Positions 44,419-54,696 of a DNA stretch of 64,000 bases are shown piece after piece (within the stretch, counting starts at the first letter, position 1; the number at the start of each line of letters is the position of its first letter). The DNA lies in NCBI RefSeq assembly GCF_009914755.1, contig NC_060931.1; one strand, 5' to 3'. The position numbers and the translations under genes were made by a program. The notes under the pieces are model-generated. The model was given only the letters and a program-made list of their open reading frames with translations. It ran no database searches and was not told where the DNA came from. This DNA is from the human T2T-CHM13v2.0 reference genome, Homo sapiens.

Positions 44419-46723
44419 TCATCTCTCCCACAAGCAAATTCCAGCCCAAAGCATTGATACTAATAAAGTGCCATGCTGCGATGTGCAGGGGGCAGACAGT
44501 GTCTCCAAGCTCCCTACACACATGCCTTCCCACAGTTTGCCCTTTCTTGACCCCAGAAGCATCAGGCCCCTTCACCCTCGAGGGCCACTATCAGGAGTTT
44601 GAATTAATGGCAATCACCATGCACAGGGAAGGCTGTGGAATTCTGACATAAAAACACTTAGTGGAGGGCTTGGAAAAAGTCTAGTAGGAGCAAGACGCAA
44701 GCTGGACTAATTATCTAAAACAAGAGACCTGGTTTGGGGATCTTAATGTTCTCAAAAAAGAAAATTATTATTATTTTTCATTTTGCACTTTGTGCCATAA
44801 AACATTTTCAACAAAACATAGAATCTCATTTCTTTTGAGGGAAAATGATTGGGAGACCAGCTCATTGCTGGCACAGAGGCCTGGTTCATTCATAATTCCT
44901 TCATAGGCAAGACACCAGGTGAACCGATATAGCCGAGCTGGAAGAGCTCTCCAAGGCAGAGACTCTGAGCCAAGGAATGTTCAAAGAGCTAGCATGTATT
45001 GTGGGATTACTATGCGCCAGGAATTTTTTACACTGCATCACGTTCCATCTTCACAACAGCCCTAGAAAGGAAGAACTATTATTACCCCCGTTTTATAGGT
45101 GAATAAACAAGGGCACAGGTCCTTGATGTAACAGCCAGGATCAAACAGCTGGGAAGACGAGAAAACCTTTCCCAGGCTAGGATAACAGAGGATTTGGTTG
45201 AAAATACAGGCAATTAGGTGCTACCTCTGGGAAAAGGGGCCAGGAGAGGAAGGAGACACTTTTCCCTGCATGCCCTGATGTCCTATTTGAACATTTTATC
45301 ATGAACACGAACTTCCTATTTAAAAAACACTTTTTATTGAAAAGATAAATCTGTGTGTTGTATTGTGTCACTCAGTTCAAGTACTTGAAATTTATTGAAT
45401 TGTATTTTCTAAAAAATAGATAGTTGAGTAAAAGCAAGCTCACATTACATAGACGGATCACAGTGCACGGCTGCGGAGCTGGGAGCAGTGGCTTCGTTTC
45501 ATGCAGGAAAGAGAACTTGGTTCAGGAGTGTCTACGTTGCTTAAGACAGGAGAGCACTAAAAATGAAACCATCCAGCCATCCTCCCCCATTTTCATTTTC
45601 ACACCAAAGAATCCCACCGCGGCAGAGGACCACCGTCTCTGTTTAGACAATCGGTGAAGAATGGATGACCTCACTTTCCCCAACAGGCGGGTCCTGAAAT
45701 GTTATGCACGAAACAAAACTTGAGTAAATGCCCAACAGAGGTCACTGTTTTATCGATCTTGAAGAGATCTCTTCTTAGCAAAGCAAAGAAACCGATTGTG
45801 AAGGTAACACCATGTTTGGTAAATAAGTGTTTTGGTGTTGTGCAAGGGTCTGGTTTCAGCCTGAAGCCATCTCAGAGCTGTCTGGGTCTCTGGAGACTGG
45901 AGGGACAACCTAGTCTAGAGCCCATTTGCATGAGACCAAGGATCCTCCTGCAAGAGACACCATCCTGAGGGAAGAGGGCTTCTGAACCAGCTTGACCCAA
46001 TAAGAAATTCTTGGGTGCCGACGCGGAAGCAGATTCAGAGCCTAGAGCCGTGCCTGCGTCCGTAGTTTCCTTCTAGCTTCTTTTGATTTCAAATCAAGAC
46101 TTACAGGGAGAGGGAGCGATAAACACAAACTCTGCAAGATGCCACAAGGTCCTCCTTTGACATCCCCAACAAAGAGGTGAGTAGTATTCTCCCCCTTTCT
46201 GCCCTGAACCAAGTGGGCTTCAGTAATTTCAGGGCTCCAGGAGACCTGGGGCCCATGCAGGTGCCCCAGTGAAACAGTGGTGAAGAGACTCAGTGGCAAT
46301 GGGGAGAGCACTGGCAGCACAAGGCAAACCTCTGGCACAGAGAGCAAAGTCCTCACTGGGAGGATTCCCAAGGGGTCACTTGGGAGAGGGCAGGGCAGCA
46401 GCCAACCTCCTCTAAGTGGGCTGAAGCAGGTGAAGAAAGTGGCAGAAGCCACGCGGTGGCAAAAAGGAGTCACACACTCCACCTGGAGACGCCTTGAAGT
46501 AACTGCACGAAATTTGAGGATGGCCAGGCAGTTCTACAACAGCCGCTCACAGGGAGAGCCAGAACACAGAAGAACTCAGATGACTGGTAGTATTACCTTC
46601 TTCATAATCCCAGGCTTGGGGGGCTGCGATGGAGTCAGAGGAAACTCAGTTCAGAACATCTTTGGTTTTTACAAATACAAATTAACTGGAACGCTAAATT
46701 CTAGCCTGTTAATCTGGTCACTG

Positions 46724-46743
46724 AAAAAAAATTTTTTTTTTTT
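46724..46743. repeat. IL6 -373 AnTn polymorphic tract, A8T12 allele
   Basis: CTG-A8-T12-CAAAAAA counted directly. Confidence 0.92.
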
Positions 46744-46834
46744 CAAAAAACATAGCTTTAGCTTATTTTTTTTCTCTTTGTAAAACTTCGTGCATGACTT
46801 CAGCTTTACTCTTTGTCAAGACATGCCAAAGTGC

Positions 46835-47118
46835 TGAGTCACTAATAAAAGAAAAAAAGAAAGTAAAGGAAGAGTGGTTCTGCTTCTTAGCGCTAGCCTC
46901 AATGACGACCTAAGCTGCACTTTTCCCCCTAGTTGTGTCTTGCCATGCTAAAGGACGTCACATTGCACAATCTTAATAAGGTTTCCAATCAGCCCCACCC
47001 GCTCTGGCCCCACCCTCACCCTCCAACAAAGATTTATCAAATGTGGGATTTTCCCATGAGTCTCAATATTAGAGTCTCAACCCCCAATAAATATAGGACT
47101 GGAGATGTCTGAGGCTCA
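46835..47118 (+). promoter_or_regulatory. IL6: IL6 proximal promoter; TSS about 47118
   Basis: AP-1 TGAGTCA 46835-46841; CRE GGACGTCA 46953-46960; C/EBP (NF-IL6) ACATTGCACAATCT 46960-46973; GC/CACCC boxes ~46992-47021; NF-kB GGGATTTTCC 47045-47054; TATA-like ATAAATA 47087-47093. Spacing matches the established -283, -158 and -73 positions. Confidence 0.96.
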
Positions 47119-47180
47119 TTCTGCCCTCGAGCCCACCGGGAACGAAAGAGAAGCTCTATCTCCCCTCCAGGAGCCCAGCT

Positions 47181-47199
47181 ATGAACTCCTTCTCCACAA
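47181..47199 (+). CDS. IL6: IL6 coding exon 1
   Basis: ATGAACTCCTTCTCCACAA followed by donor GTAAGT at 47200. Confidence 0.98.
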
Positions 47200-50100
47200 G
47201 TAAGTGCAGGAAATCCTTAGCCCTGGAACTGCCAGCGGCGGTCGAGCCCTGTGTGAGGGAGGGGTGTGTGGCCCAGGGAGGGCTGGCGGGCGGCCAGCAG
47301 CAGAGGCAGGCTCCCAGCTGTGCTGTCAGCTCACCCCTGCGCTCGCTCCCCTCCGGCACAGGCGCCTTCGGTCCAGTTGCCTTCTCCCTGGGGCTGCTCC
47401 TGGTGTTGCCTGCTGCCTTCCCTGCCCCAGTACCCCCAGGAGAAGATTCCAAAGATGTAGCCGCCCCACACAGACAGCCACTCACCTCTTCAGAACGAAT
47501 TGACAAACAAATTCGGTACATCCTCGACGGCATCTCAGCCCTGAGAAAGGAGGTGGGTAGGCTTGGCGATGGGGTTGAAGGGCCCGGTGCGCATGCGTTC
47601 CCCTTGCCCCTGCGTGTGGCCGGGGGCTGCCTGCATTAGGAGGTCTTTGCTGGGTTCTAGAGCACTGTAGATTTGAGGCCAACGGGGCCGACTAGACTGA
47701 CTTCTGTATTTATCCTTTGCTGGTGTCAGGAAGTTCCTTTCCTTTCTGGAAAATGCAGAATGGGTCTGAAATCCATGCCCACCTTTGGCATGAGCTGAGG
47801 GTTATTGCTTCTCAGGGCTTCCTTTTCCCTTTCCAAAAAATTAGGTCTGTGAAGCTCCTTTTTGTCCCCCGGGCTTTGGAAGGACTAGAAAAGTGCCACC
47901 TGAAAGGCATGTTCAGCTTCTCAGAGCAGTTGCAGTACTTTTTGGTTATGTAAACTCAATGGCTAGGATTCCTCAAAGCCATTCCAGCTAAGATTCATAC
48001 CTCAGAGCCCACCAAAGTGGCAAATCATAAATAGGTTAAAGCATCTCCCCACTTTCAATGCAAGGTATTTTGGTCCTGTTTGGTAGAAAGAAAAGAACAC
48101 AGGAGGGGAGATTGGGAGCCCACACTCGAATTCTGGTTCTGCCAAACCAGCCTTGTGATCTTGGGTAAATTCCCTACCACCTCTGGACTCCATCAGTAAA
48201 ATTGGGCGTGGACTAGGTGATCTCATAGATCCTTCCTGCTGGAACATTCTATGGCTTGAATTATATTCTCCTAATTATTGTCAAAATTGCTGTTATTAAG
48301 TATCTACTGTGTGCCAGGCACTTTAAATAAATATTGTGTCTAATCTTCAAAACAAATTTGCAAGGAAGGTTTTTGGAGATAAGGAAACTGAGACTCAGGA
48401 TTAAGTAACACACCTAAAGTCACAGGTGAGCTTGGAACTGAACCCAAGTGTGCCCCCACTCCACTGGAATTTGCTTGCCAGGATGCCAATGAGTTGTAGC
48501 TTCATTTTTCTTAGAGACTTTCCTGGCTGTGGTTGAACAATGAAAAGGCCCTCTAGTGGTGTTTGTTTTAGGGACACTTAGGTGATAACAATTCTGGTAT
48601 TCTTTCCCAGACATGTAACAAGAGTAACATGTGTGAAAGCAGCAAAGAGGCACTGGCAGAAAACAACCTGAACCTTCCAAAGATGGCTGAAAAAGATGGA
48701 TGCTTCCAATCTGGATTCAATGAGGTACCAACTTGTCGCACTCACTTTTCACTATTCCTTAGGCAAAACTTCTCCCTCTTGCATGCAGTGCCTGTATACA
48801 TATAGATCCAGGCAGCAACAAAAAGTGGGTAAATGTAAAGAATGTTATGTAAATTTCATGAGGAGGCCAACTTCAAGCTTTTTTAAAGGCAGTTTATTCT
48901 TGGACAGGTATGGCCAGAGATGGTGCCACTGTGGTGAGATTTTAACAACTGTCAAATGTTTAAAACTCCCACAGGTTTAATTAGTTCATCCTGGGAAAGG
49001 TACTCTCAGGGCCTTTTCCCTCTCTGGCTGCCCCTGGCAGGGTCCAGGTCTGCCCTCCCTCCCTGCCCAGCTCATTCTCCACAGTGAGATAACCTGCACT
49101 GTCTTCTGATTATTTTATAAAAGGAGGTTCCAGCCCAGCATTAACAAGGGCAAGAGTGCAGGAAGAACATCAAGGGGGACAATCAGAGAAGGATCCCCAT
49201 TGCCACATTCTAGCATCTGTTGGGCTTTGGATAAAACTAATTACATGGGGCCTCTGATTGTCCAGTTATTTAAAATGGTGCTGTCCAATGTCCCAAAACA
49301 TGCTGCCTAAGAGGTACTTGAAGTTCTCTAGAGGAGCAGAGGGAAAAGATGTCGAACTGTGGCAATTTTAACTTTTCAAATTGATTCTATCTCCTGGCGA
49401 TAACCAATTTTCCCACCATCTTTCCTCTTAGGAGACTTGCCTGGTGAAAATCATCACTGGTCTTTTGGAGTTTGAGGTATACCTAGAGTACCTCCAGAAC
49501 AGATTTGAGAGTAGTGAGGAACAAGCCAGAGCTGTGCAGATGAGTACAAAAGTCCTGATCCAGTTCCTGCAGAAAAAGGTGGGTGTGTCCTCATTCCCTC
49601 AACTTGGTGTGGGGGAAGACAGGCTCAAAGACAGTGTCCTGGACAACTCAGGGATGCAATGCCACTTCCAAAAGAGAAGGCTACACGTAAACAAAAGAGT
49701 CTGAGAAATAGTTTCTGATTGTTATTGTTAAATCTTTTTTTGTTTGTTTGGTTGGTTGGCTCTCTTCTGCAAAGGACATCAATAACTGTATTTTAAACTA
49801 TATATTAACTGAGGTGGATTTTAACATCAATTTTTAATAGTGCAAGAGATTTAAAACCAAAGGCGGGGGGGCGGGCAGAAAAAAGTGCATCCAACTCCAG
49901 CCAGTGATCCACAGAAACAAAGACCAAGGAGCACAAAATGATTTTAAGATTTTAGTCATTGCCAAGTGACATTCTTCTCACTGTGGTTGTTTCAATTCTT
50001 TTTCCTACCTTTTACCAGAGAGTTAGTTCAGAGAAATGGTCAGAGACTCAAGGGTGGAAAGAGGTACCAAAGGCTTTGGCCACCAGTAGCTGGCTATTCA

Positions 50101-51491
50101 GACAGCAGGGAGTAGACTTGCTGGCTAGCATGTGGAGGAGCCAAAGCTCAATAAGAAGGGGCCTAGAATGAAACCCTTGGTGCTGATCCTGCCTCTGCCA
50201 TTTCTACTTAAGCCAGGGTTTCTCATATGTTAACATGCATGGGAATTCCCTGGGCATCTTCTTGTGGTGTGGAGTCTGACTTAGCAAGCCTCGGGTGGGT
50301 TTGAGGGTCAAATTTCTACCAGGCTTATATCCCTGGTGATGCTGCAGAATTCCAGGACCACACTTGGAGGTTTAAGGCCTTCCACAAGTTACTTATCCCA
50401 TATGGTGGGTCTATGGAAAGGTGTTTCCCAGTCCTCTTTACACCACCGGATCAGTGGTCTTTCAACAGATCCTAAAGGGATGGTGAGAGGGAAACTGGAG
50501 AAAAGTATCAGATTTAGAGGCCACTGAAGAACCCATATTAAAATGCCTTTAAGTATGGGCTCTTCATTCATATACTAAATATGAACTATGTGCCAGGCAT
50601 TATTTCATATGACAGAATACAAACAAATAAGATAGTGATGCTGGTCAGGCTTGGTGGCTCATGCCTGTATTCCCTAAACTTTGGGAGCCTAAGGTGAGAA
50701 CTCCTTGAACTCCTAAGGCCAGGAGTTCAAGACCAGCCTGGATAACATAGCAAGACCCCATCTCTACAAAAAACCAAAACCAAACAAACAAAAATGATAG
50801 TGGTGCTTCCCTCAGGATGCTTGTGGTCTAATGGGAGACAGAACAGCAAAGGGATGATTAGAAGTTGGTTGCTGTGAGCCAGGCACAGTGCTGATATAAT
50901 CCCAGCGCTATGGGAGGCTGAGGTGGGTGGATCATTTGAGGCCAGGAGTTTAAGACCAGCCTGGTCAACATGGTAAAACCCCATCTCTACTTAAAAATAC
51001 AAAAAAGTTAGCCAGGCATGGTGGCATACACCTGTAACCCAGCTACTCAGGAGGCTGAGGCACATGAATCACTTGAACCCAGGAGGCAGAGGTTGCTGTG
51101 CACCACTGCACTCCAGCCTGGGTGACAGAACGAGACCTTGACTCAAAAAAAAAAAAAAGAAGTTTGTTGCTATGGAAGGGTCCTACTCAGAGCAGGCACC
51201 CCAGTTAATCTCATTCACCCCACATTTCACATTTGAACATCATCCCATAGCCCAGAGCATCCCTCCACTGCAAAGGATTTATTCAACATTTAAACAATCC
51301 TTTTTACTTTCATTTTCCTTCAGGCAAAGAATCTAGATGCAATAACCACCCCTGACCCAACCACAAATGCCAGCCTGCTGACGAAGCTGCAGGCACAGAA
51401 CCAGTGGCTGCAGGACATGACAACTCATCTCATTCTGCGCAGCTTTAAGGAGTTCCTGCAGTCCAGCCTGAGGGCTCTTCGGCAAATGTAG
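47181..51491 (+). CDS. IL6: Interleukin-6 precursor, spliced CDS join(47181-47199,47362-47552,48611-48724,49432-49578,51324-51491), 639 nt / 212 aa
   Basis: Exons translate to [38 protein letters not shown]...[63 protein letters not shown]...[18 protein letters not shown]. All four introns are GT-AG and exon lengths 19+191+114+147+168 sum to 639. Confidence 0.99.
47362..47552 (+). CDS. IL6: IL6 exon 2 (signal peptide and helix A)
   Basis: Acceptor CACAG|GCGCC; encodes [28 protein letters not shown]...LRKE; donor GTGGGT at 47553. Confidence 0.98.
48611..48724 (+). CDS. IL6: IL6 exon 3
   Basis: TCTTTCCCAG|ACATGT...AATGAG|GTACCA; encodes TCNKSNMC...GFNE. Confidence 0.98.
49432..49578 (+). CDS. 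IL6: IL6 exon 4
   Basis: TTCCTCTTAG|GAGACT...AAAAAG|GTGGGT; overlaps ORF 49444-49704 [22 protein letters not shown]. Confidence 0.98.
50213..50370. mobile_element. MER5-type DNA transposon remnant in IL6 intron 4
   Basis: CAGGGTTTCTCA start, CCCTGGTGATGCTG...GGACCACACTTGGAG end. Confidence 0.55.
50643..51159 (+). mobile_element. Alu monomer (50643-50793) and Alu dimer (50876-51159) in IL6 intron 4
   Basis: Alu consensus segments with A-rich tails and TSDs GATAGTG.TGCT and AGAAGTT.GTTGCT. Confidence 0.88.
51324..51491 (+). CDS. IL6: IL6 exon 5 coding part (helix D)
   Basis: TTTTCCTTCAG|GCAAAG...CGGCAAATGTAG stop. Confidence 0.98.
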   Translation, partial: AKNLDAITTPDPTTNASLLTKLQAQNQWLQDMTTHLILRSFKEFLQSSLRALRQM

Positions 51492-51919
51492 CATGGGCAC
51501 CTCAGATTGTTGTTGTTAATGGGCATTCCTTCTTCTGGTCAGAAACCTGTCCACTGGGCACAGAACTTATGTTGTTCTCTATGGAGAACTAAAAGTATGA
51601 GCGTTAGGACACTATTTTAATTATTTTTAATTTATTAATATTTAAATATGTGAAGCTGAGTTAATTTATGTAAGTCATATTTATATTTTTAAGAAGTACC
51701 ACTTGAAACATTTTATGTATTAGTTTTGAAATAATAATGGAAAGTGGCTATGCAGTTTGAATATCCTTTGTTTCAGAGCCAGATCATTTCTTGGAAAGTG
51801 TAGGCTTACCTCAAATAAATGGCTAACTTATACATATTTTTAAAGAAATATTTATATTGTATTTATATAATGTATAAATGGTTTTTATACCAATAAATGG
51901 CATTTTAAAAAATTCAGCA
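51492..51919 (+). promoter_or_regulatory. IL6: IL6 3' UTR with stem-loop, AU-rich elements, let-7 seed match and two poly(A) signals
   Basis: GTTCTC-TATG-GAGAAC hairpin 51574-51589 (the Regnase-1/Arid5a-type element); ATTTA at 51630, 51640, 51664, 51679, 51850 and 51861; TACCTCA 51807-51813; AATAAA 51814-51819 and 51892-51897. Confidence 0.9.
51892..51897 (+). terminator. IL6: IL6 distal polyadenylation signal
   Basis: AATAAA followed about 25 nt later by GT/T-rich CTTTGAGTGTGT. Confidence 0.88.
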
Positions 51920-52001
51920 ACTTTGAGTGTGTCACGTGAAGCTTAATATAAATAAGTTTCTTGTCACTGCCACCACCACGACCAAAAAAAGCTAATCAAT
52001 C

Positions 52002-52476
52002 ACTATATATAATACATATATATACTATATATAATAAATATATATACTATATATAATACATATATACACTATATATAATACATATATACTATATATACAC
52101 ATATATACTATATATACACATATATATTATGAATGTATATATATAGTATATATAGTATATATACTATGTATGTATATATATAGTATATATAGTATATATA
52201 CTATGTATGTGTATATATAGTATATATAGTATATATAGTATATATACTATGTATGTATATATATAGTATATATAGTATATATACTGTGTATGTATATATA
52301 TAGTATATATATACTATATATGCATACATAGTATATATGCATATATACTATATATACTATATATTTATATATACTATATACTATATATACTATATACTGT
52401 ATATATACTATATATGTATGTATACGATATATATATATACTATATATGTACACACACACATATATATATACATATA
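52002..52476. repeat. AT-rich minisatellite (IL6 3' flanking VNTR)
   Basis: About 475 bp of TATATACTA / TATATAG / TATGTA units just past the poly(A) site. Confidence 0.92.
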
Positions 52477-53005
52477 AGCACCTACTACATGCCAGGCATC
52501 ATTAAATGTGTTGCATCCATCACGTCATTTAACCCCAGCACTTGCACACTCCTTTCTGGTTGTGGAAGACTAAGTAATTTATCTAAGTCACCCAGCTGGA
52601 AGGTCAGGCAGGGACCCAGATTTGAAATCCAAGTCTACCTACCTACAGGTCCCCTACTCTTAACCTGTAGGTCCCACTGCCTACCCAGGAACTGAGGGAT
52701 GATGTAGAAAATCCCAAAACATGTTAATATAGGGAATACCTATAAACATGCAATCAAAGTCTTTGGGACTATACAACCACTGTATAAAGCATAACAATGT
52801 ACAAGCTTCCAAACAATAACTAGAAGTTCTGCCTCCCTCTTCTGGGTTCCTAAAGCACTGCACCTATCTACCTGTCAAAGCATCTACCACATTGTACCAC
52901 ACCTTAAAATCAATGGTTTTTTTCTTCTCAGCCAGCATGTGGATGCCTCAATAAAGCAGACTCCTTTCATGACCTAAAACTAATTTCAGGGGGGAAAAAA
53001 AGACG

Positions 53006-53296
53006 AGCTGGGCGCAGTGGCTCACGCCTATAATCCCAGCACTTTGGGAGGCTGAGGCGGGAGGATCACTTGAGGTCAGAAGACCAGCCTGGCCAACATG
53101 GCAAAACCCCGTCTCTACTAAAAATACAAAAATTAGCTGGGCGTGGTGGCGCACCTATAATCCCAGCTACTCAGGAAGCTGAGACATGATAATCGCTTGA
53201 GCCTGGGAGGTAGAGCCTGGGGCTGCACTCCATCCTGGGCAACAGAGGGAGATTCTGTCTCAAAAAATAATAATAATAATATAAATAAATAAATAA
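53006..53296 (+). mobile_element. Alu
   Basis: Dimer with (AAT)n tail. Confidence 0.88.
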
Positions 53297-54197
53297 TTTT
53301 TTTAAAAAAAGACTCTTTCCTATATTAATCTTTGCATCCTGTGCCCATGGCCCCAAACCTGACCAATGAAGGCCCCAGTAAATATTTTTTGAACAAAAGA
53401 AAATATAGATGATCAAAGATAAGAAAGATAAGAAGACACCTCAATTCTTGTAGGCATATAGTGGTAGGGGAAATCACTAATTCTGTGTGTTTATGTATCT
53501 TCATCTTCAGGAAAAATAGCAAGAATTAGAAAGAAACACTCAAAGGACTTCCAGAGAAGGCAATGAATAGCCAGTGCATGTACACCTACCTCCATTTCCT
53601 TTGCCACTGGCAATAATCTTCATCTGCCCTCTCCCCTCCCCGACCTAAAGTGGTAGTGAGAGAGGCAATCTGGACAACTTAACATGGCCTCGTTTATCCA
53701 TCTCAACACGACACTGGGAATTTGGTGCAGATTTCCCCTTTCTAACCCCTGCAATATAAAAGTTCTGTCTCCTTATAAAGCTTTTCCCCATTCTACCCGC
53801 TACAGACTTCTTCCTCCAGGGGAGGAGTTCTTCTGGGTAAGGGAAAGTCCACAGAGGTCAAAAACCGAGAGGAGCTGAGCCAGAAAAGAGCCACATACTC
53901 TGATTTCTAGAAACCACGCATCACAAGTGGGCTTCCCAAAACTAGGGTCAAGTCAAAGAACAAAGAGAAATTGCGATCAACTGATGCTTTCATTCTTCAA
54001 ACAAAAATGGGTTGAGTTTCATAGATAAGTCAGGGAAAGCTCCTGAGAAAGAGGTGAAAGGGTAGACATGATCCCTGCCCTCTTGTGTAGCACACTATGG
54101 AAGGGAAAATAGACATTAAATAAAGACTATAAATGTGATAAGGTTTCCAAAAAGAAATGTGGGCTGTGCTGAGAACCCATACTAGAGGCACGGATAA

Positions 54198-54696
54198 TCT
54201 AAGTGAACCCTGGTTTGGCTGCTCACCACTCGAAAGCCAGACATGAGAGACAAGGTTGGTGGGAGGAAAAGCCAGTTCATCAGAAAGCCAGTAAACCAAG
54301 AAGATGGTGAGCTAGTATTTTAAAGTACCATCTTGAATTTTAAAATTTATCACAGTAGTTTTTAAAGAGAAACTTGGTATGGGAGATACGTGGGAGTGGT
54401 GCGTGGTGTAGGGTCTGTGTGTCTTGTTCTGATGGCTATCTCAGGTAACCGCCTGTCCGGAGGTCTGTTTGGGATCATCTTAACTTCAGCTAGATGATGG
54501 ATTCATTGTTCATGATTCCTTCTAACCAGGAGGATTCTGCAATGGGGGCTCCTTGCCTCGTTTGTTTAAAGATCAGCCTCTGGGATTTTTAAAGCAAGAG
54601 TATAATTAGATAAGCATACATTGCCAGAGGGGAGTGTCTAGAGAGGGAAGGAATGAAGAGGTGAGAGGAAAGAAAAGGAAGAAAAAGAAAGTGGGT
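54198..54696 (-). mobile_element. Old ERV LTR-like element interrupted by the L1; apparently resumes 62267-62304
   Basis: Resembles MER/LTR consensus text (GGCTGCTCACCACTCGAAAGCCAGAC...); flanks join across the L1 TSD; family not assigned. Confidence 0.45.

Larger units (their letters stand above)
45313..47540 (-). ncRNA. IL6-AS1: Antisense lncRNA over the IL6 promoter and exons 1-2 (ends approximate)
   Basis: Recalled annotation of this locus. The sequence shows a minus-strand AATAAA (TTTATT 45333-45338) about 20 nt from the expected 3' end and a CpG-rich start region in exon 2/intron 2. Exon structure not determined. Confidence 0.55.

Noticed and set aside
46277-46783. 168-aa ORF in the IL6 promoter
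   Set aside because: GTG start, crosses the length-polymorphic AnTn tract, no homology recognised.
47156-47533. 125-aa antisense ORF at the presumed IL6-AS1 5' end
   Set aside because: Shadow of GC-rich IL6 exon 2 and intron 1; no recognisable domain or independent support.
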